This document shows, in pieces, positions 14,492 to 18,421 of a stretch of DNA of 18,421 nucleotides. The position numbers and the translations under genes were made by a program. The DNA is from Promethearchaeota archaeon (GTDB lineage Archaea > Asgardarchaeota > Lokiarchaeia > Sigyniarchaeales > SOKP01), in assembly GCA_016930515.1 (NCBI GenBank), contig JAFGGO010000176.1, forward strand, positions 1-18,421, read 5' to 3'. The notes under the pieces were generated by a model, which saw only the letters and a list, made by a program, of their open reading frames with translations, did no database searches and was not told the DNA's origin. Numbering within the stretch: position 1 is the stretch's first letter; every line of letters begins with the position of its first letter.

Positions 14492-16678
14492 TTACAGGCT
14501 TGATTTACCATCAAATTTTTGTGCCGAAGTACTTTTTTTTATTTGTTTTCGCGCCACAACCACGGTAGAACCAGAAACCAACGCAATTCCTATAATCACG
14601 CCCCCAACGAGATAATAAGCGATAGGGATCGGAACGGTAATCTCAAGGGCATGAGTATAAATTATCGTGTTATTGGCGTAATCCCGCGTAAATAATACGA
14701 ATTGGTAAGAACCAGGAGTTAATTTTCCGAGATCGAATTCGTGCGAGGTTGCATTTTCAAGAATCCCGTTTTTGGATATAATGTAAGCATTTCGATTTAT
14801 TAAAAGCATGGCGCTTTCAATGCCTGATCCATTATCAATCGCGGTTGCGTTCAAGCATAAATCTTGAAATGTTGAAAGAGAAAAATGATTGCACGTGAAA
14901 TCGATAATTTCAGGAGTTGCATTATCTGCAATCGTTGTGAATGAGAAATAGGACGGCACGAGATTGTGTCCCGTGATGGTCACGTTGTAAATTTCGTTAG
15001 ATTTTGGGTACGCCCTGAAGATGGCAACTCCGTTTTCGTCTGCGTAAACCGTTCCATATTTTCCATCGTCGGTTGTGAGGTGAACCCTAGCGTAAGGAAC
15101 AAGTTCTCCTCTATCGTTGCGAATGGTTATCGAAACGAGCTGTCCCTCGGTAACATTTTTTAGGAAGGGATTAGAAGCATAAGAAGGCGTATCCGTATGA
15201 ATATCTACCTCGGGGTCACCTAACAAGCAATAAGTGAGCACGTTCTTGCGCTGATATTGCTGATACATGGAAGTATCTCCTCGAGTAAACACATCTGATG
15301 TCATGTAAGCAACCTTAGAGTCGTATAAGGTCCTTCCTTGTTGAAATTTATAGTCTTCGAAAAACACCTCCCAAAACAACTTGGCGTTTGCCCTGTTGGC
15401 AATTTCGAAGTCGAGGTCGTCTAATACATAATAGGTTACCCTAAGACCGCCTACATAGCCTATAGCGCCAGAAGAATCCAACTTAATCAAGGTTTCTCCA
15501 ATGTTATTATCTTGAGAATCCAAATCGTAAATTGACGTGGTACAAGCGTCGGCATACACTAAAGATGGCATGAAATCGTTTGATGCTGATCCCGCCTGCG
15601 CACTAGTATAAATTCCACTAAGCGTTGCCCCATCGTATGCTGTAGGTCTCCCATGACCGGCGAACAGGACTGTGGAGTAGCCCCTGTTAAATTCCGAAGC
15701 AAAATCAGAATTAGACGTGATTTCTGACACGTTATCCGGAAAATTTACTTGAGTAGTCACATCGAAAGAAGTATTTCGGTACAAGTGAGTGAAATTCATT
15801 TCGAGATCAACGTAATTCTTCCAGATATACTCGGTCAAACGAGCCTCGTCCTCACCGTCTCCGTATTCGTCGTCAGGGTCCGTGCCAACCCTATCAGAAA
15901 TCACCCCTGCGAGAAGCATCCTGTTCATCCATTCGCCCACAACGGGATTTGCCTCGTATTGGATGGTTTTATTTACCATGAGGCCTAATTCAATCGAATT
16001 TCCCGCAGGGAGGCGCCCCACGTATACCTCTGGGATCCAATCGATCTCGTCCACACCATAAGCGTTGTATTTAGAAGATTCTCCGTAGATTCCGTCTCCA
16101 TCCTCGTCCCAAGTACCCGTAAGATCGGCGTAATAATAATCAGTTGGTTTATAAATAGGATCGCCGTAAGATTCGTCCGCAATTCCGTGATCTCTTTCAG
16201 CAGGGTTGTGAACATATCGAATGGGAATCAAGTTGTCTTGCGCGTCTCCGGCTAACAATACCCATCGAATGTGAAAACTTTCGTAAAACTCCTTGATCAT
16301 GTTTCGGATCTTTTCTGGTTTATCCCTTCCCTCGTAAAGCGACCAATTATTGAGAATTATCGTTTTAACTCCTTTTTGGTTTTTCCACTCTTTCAATGGT
16401 TCAAGAGCGTTTATAAATGAAGGAATGTTAGGGGAAACGATTATCATTTCGATGTCGTGATGGTACCAAGTGGCGTTAAGTTCAGTAAAATCGTATTCTG
16501 GTATGAAAGGAGGGTTAAAATCATCTATAAGACCTACTCCCGAAACACTCAAGCTTGATAAATCTAACCTTGATCGATACTGTGAAGATAAACTGAAAGC
16601 AGATAATCCCGTAATTGATCCTAATACCATTAAAATCAATAGGGCACAAATTAAACTCCTTCGAAAGTACATTTTCAT
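14492..16678 (-). CDS. Membrane-anchored extracellular C25 (gingipain-family, clan CD) cysteine peptidase
   Basis: Signal peptide; WVLLAGD, PTDYYYADL, PEVYVGRLP, catalytic His in FAGHG, catalytic Cys in ADAC, GAIGYVG, LLGDP; Ig-like C-terminal domains; TM IAYYLVGGVIIGIALVSGSTVVVA then RKQIKK. Confidence 0.93.
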   Translation of the reverse strand: MKMYFRRSLICALLILMVLGSITGLSAFSLSSQYRSRLDLSSLSVSGVGLIDDFNPPFIPEYDFTELNATWYHHDIEMIIVSPNIPSFINALEPLKEWKNQKGVKTIILNNWSLYEGRDKPEKIRNMIKEFYESFHIRWVLLAGDAQDNLIPIRYVHNPAERDHGIADESYGDPIYKPTDYYYADLTGTWDEDGDGIYGESSKYNAYGVDEIDWIPEVYVGRLPAGNSIELGLMVNKTIQYEANPVVGEWMNRMLLAGVISDRVGTDPDDEYGDGEDEARLTEYIWKNYVDLEMNFTHLYRNTSFDVTTQVNFPDNVSEITSNSDFASEFNRGYSTVLFAGHGRPTAYDGATLSGIYTSAQAGSASNDFMPSLVYADACTTSIYDLDSQDNNIGETLIKLDSSGAIGYVGGLRVTYYVLDDLDFEIANRANAKLFWEVFFEDYKFQQGRTLYDSKVAYMTSDVFTRGDTSMYQQYQRKNVLTYCLLGDPEVDIHTDTPSYASNPFLKNVTEGQLVSITIRNDRGELVPYARVHLTTDDGKYGTVYADENGVAIFRAYPKSNEIYNVTITGHNLVPSYFSFTTIADNATPEIIDFTCNHFSLSTFQDLCLNATAIDNGSGIESAMLLINRNAYIISKNGILENATSHEFDLGKLTPGSYQFVLFTRDYANNTIIYTHALEITVPIPIAYYLVGGVIIGIALVSGSTVVVARKQIKKSTSAQKFDGKSSL

Positions 16679-16896
16679 TTAAAATGACCGTTTGAAGTAT
16701 TATTATATATATTAATGTTATTTAACTAATATCAAATTAAGCTTTTTTCCAGATAAGCCATTTAATATTGTTAATTAAACTATATAAGATGTTCGTATTA
16801 AATAAAATAAATATTATTCACTTAAATTAATAAGAAAGAATAAAATTTTAAATTTAAAATTAGGATCTATTTAAAGCTAAATTAAAAATTAAGGAA

Positions 16897-17550
16897 TTAA
16901 CTTATTTCCACATGTTCGCCAGTGACCATATAGTGTATTTTTTCCGCCATTTTACAGGCGTGATCGCCGCAACGTTCTAAATATCGAGCGACCATCAGGT
17001 AATGAGCGTATGTTGTAATGAATTTAGGATTTTCCATCATAATTGCCACGCATTCTCTAAAAATTGACCAGCGAAGCTCGTCTACTTCGTTATCTCTCGC
17101 TTCTAAGTCTTTTATGTCTTGAATTTGACTTTTATCAAAAGCGACCAGTACCTTTGTTATCATTATCTGTACATGCTCCCACATGTGTTTTAAATTCACT
17201 GGAACTTCGGGTGAGGGAATTTTTGCTAATTCTTCTACAACTTTCGCAATATCTTTTCCATATCGTCCGATTCTTGTTAAATAGGTTATGATTTTAAGTA
17301 TGGTCGCAACTCTCCTTAAATCCTTGGCCATTGGATGATAGAGAGTTAGAAGATGAAGGCTTCTATTTTCGATATCCTCGTCGTATTCGCGTATTTTAGA
17401 TTTTCTCTTTTCAATTGATTTTGCAAGTTTTAAATCTTTTGAAATTAACGCATTCATAGAATCTCCTAACATTTCAAGCGCTAAATTTCCCATTGAGAGA
17501 ACATCTTTTTTTAAAACTCTTATATCATCGTGCATTTTTTCTGTCGCCAA
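16897..17550 (-). CDS. phoU: Phosphate signalling complex protein PhoU
   Basis: Two PhoU repeats (PMAKDLR...LTRIGRY; VARYLERCGDHACKMAEKIHYMVTGE), directly downstream of pstB. TTG start supported by an SD motif. Confidence 0.96.
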   Translation of the reverse strand: MATEKMHDDIRVLKKDVLSMGNLALEMLGDSMNALISKDLKLAKSIEKRKSKIREYDEDIENRSLHLLTLYHPMAKDLRRVATILKIITYLTRIGRYGKDIAKVVEELAKIPSPEVPVNLKHMWEHVQIMITKVLVAFDKSQIQDIKDLEARDNEVDELRWSIFRECVAIMMENPKFITTYAHYLMVARYLERCGDHACKMAEKIHYMVTGEHVEIS

Positions 17551-17556
17551 TTATAT

Positions 17557-17563
17557 TCACCTT
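17557..17563 (-). promoter_or_regulatory. Shine-Dalgarno site (AAGGTGA) for phoU
   Basis: Minus strand AAGGTGA-ATATAA-TTG in the 19-nt pstB-phoU gap. Confidence 0.7.
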
Positions 17564-17569
17564 AAAAAT

Positions 17570-18367
17570 TTATCCAAACCGTCCTGTTATGTAATTTTCT
17601 GTCATTTTTTCGCGTGGTGTTTCAAAAATTTGAACTGTTTTTCCATATTCAATAAGTTCTCCCAGATACATAAAACCCGTATAATCGCTGATTCTGGCAG
17701 CTTGTTGCATATTATGGGTTACAATGATGATGGTGAATTTTTCTTTTAACTCGAGAATAAGTTCTTCAATTTTTTGAGTCGCCATCGGATCGAGAGAAGC
17801 TGTTGGTTCGTCCATCAAGAGTATTTCAGGTTCCACCGCTAAGGCTCTTGCGATGCATAATCTTTGTTGTTGTCCTCCCGAAAGACCCATAGCCGTTTCA
17901 TTCAATCTGTCAACAACCTCTTCCCATAATGCTGCTCTTCTGAGACAATTTTCCGTTATAGAGTTTAAGATTTTTTTTTCGTAAATTCGATGTATTTTTG
18001 GACCATAAGTGAGATTATCGTAAATAGACATTGGAAAAGGATTTGGTTTTTGAAAAATCATTCCAATCTTTTTCCTATTCAATCGAATATCCGCAGTTTT
18101 ACCGTAAAGGTCTTTACCATTGAATAAAACTTTTCCTTCAATCTTACAAGCATCAATGGTATCGTTCATTCGATTAAAACATCTTAATAATGTACTCTTG
18201 CCACATCCAGAGGGTCCAATTATAGCAGTGACACAATTTTTTTTAAATTTCATATTTATATCTTTTAGAGTATGCGCCTCATTATACCATAAATTAACAT
18301 TTTGACATTCTATAACATATTCAGAATCGGAATTTATATCTGGGGTATTAGTTTTTTCTTTTTCCAT
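17570..18367 (-). CDS. pstB: Phosphate ABC transporter ATP-binding protein PstB
   Basis: [66 protein letters not shown]. Start placed at ATG 18367 (MEKEK) because GGTGA lies 4 nt upstream; the ORF-track start 18418 is the alternative. Confidence 0.97.
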   Translation of the reverse strand: MEKEKTNTPDINSDSEYVIECQNVNLWYNEAHTLKDINMKFKKNCVTAIIGPSGCGKSTLLRCFNRMNDTIDACKIEGKVLFNGKDLYGKTADIRLNRKKIGMIFQKPNPFPMSIYDNLTYGPKIHRIYEKKILNSITENCLRRAALWEEVVDRLNETAMGLSGGQQQRLCIARALAVEPEILLMDEPTASLDPMATQKIEELILELKEKFTIIIVTHNMQQAARISDYTGFMYLGELIEYGKTVQIFETPREKMTENYITGRFG

Positions 18368-18421
18368 ATTATCACCCATACTAAATTCTTCATTTTTTTT
18401 TTTTGTTTTAAAAACCATTTA

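Noticed and set aside
453-18305. Short antisense or alternate-frame ORFs in the track (e.g. 453-767, 1556-1753, 2368-2622, 2753-2962, 5423-5620, 5930-6166, 6914-7114, 8793-9065, 9317-9523, 10268-10471, 11007-11378, 11520-11855, 11571-11798, 11860-12048, 12064-12543, 12580-13011, 14966-15163, 15749-16215, 16470-16682, 17064-17291, 18120-18305)
   Set aside because: They overlap well-supported genes, lack motifs, and look like shadow ORFs.
10551-18404. Homopolymer runs near gene 5' ends (A10 at 10551-10560; T12 at 18393-18404) as phase-variation switches
   Set aside because: Runs of 8-12 A/T are frequent across this AT-rich window, the frames are intact, and the pstB run lies upstream of the more likely start at 18367.

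Overview
An AT-rich archaeal window that most likely comes from an Asgard archaeon of the Lokiarchaeia type. The assignment is inferred from IPGY-TM-basic (Loki-CTERM-like) sorting tails, a longin-like protein, a NosD-type beta-helix protein ending in a CIVHKG zinc finger, and GGTGA ribosome-binding sites. Housekeeping genes are the nickel-enzyme maturation genes cooC, hypC and hypE-hypD, an O-methyltransferase, and pstB-phoU. An ~8 kb accessory block lies between hypC and hypE. It holds a longin protein with a Cys/His tail, three tandem paralogous surface proteins with alternating conserved and variable segments, an unannotated remnant of a fourth IPGY-type anchored gene, and a single-pass receptor-like protein (beta-helix, PKD, TM, cytoplasmic p44/Ssl1-type RING-like finger). 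Further right are a UEV/E2-like fused to JAMM isopeptidase and a membrane-anchored gingipain-family (C25) peptidase. A 225-aa orphan near the left end may have a Tne2/TNT-like NADase/ADP-ribosyltransferase fold. I found no rRNA, tRNA, CRISPR array, transposase or reverse transcriptase.
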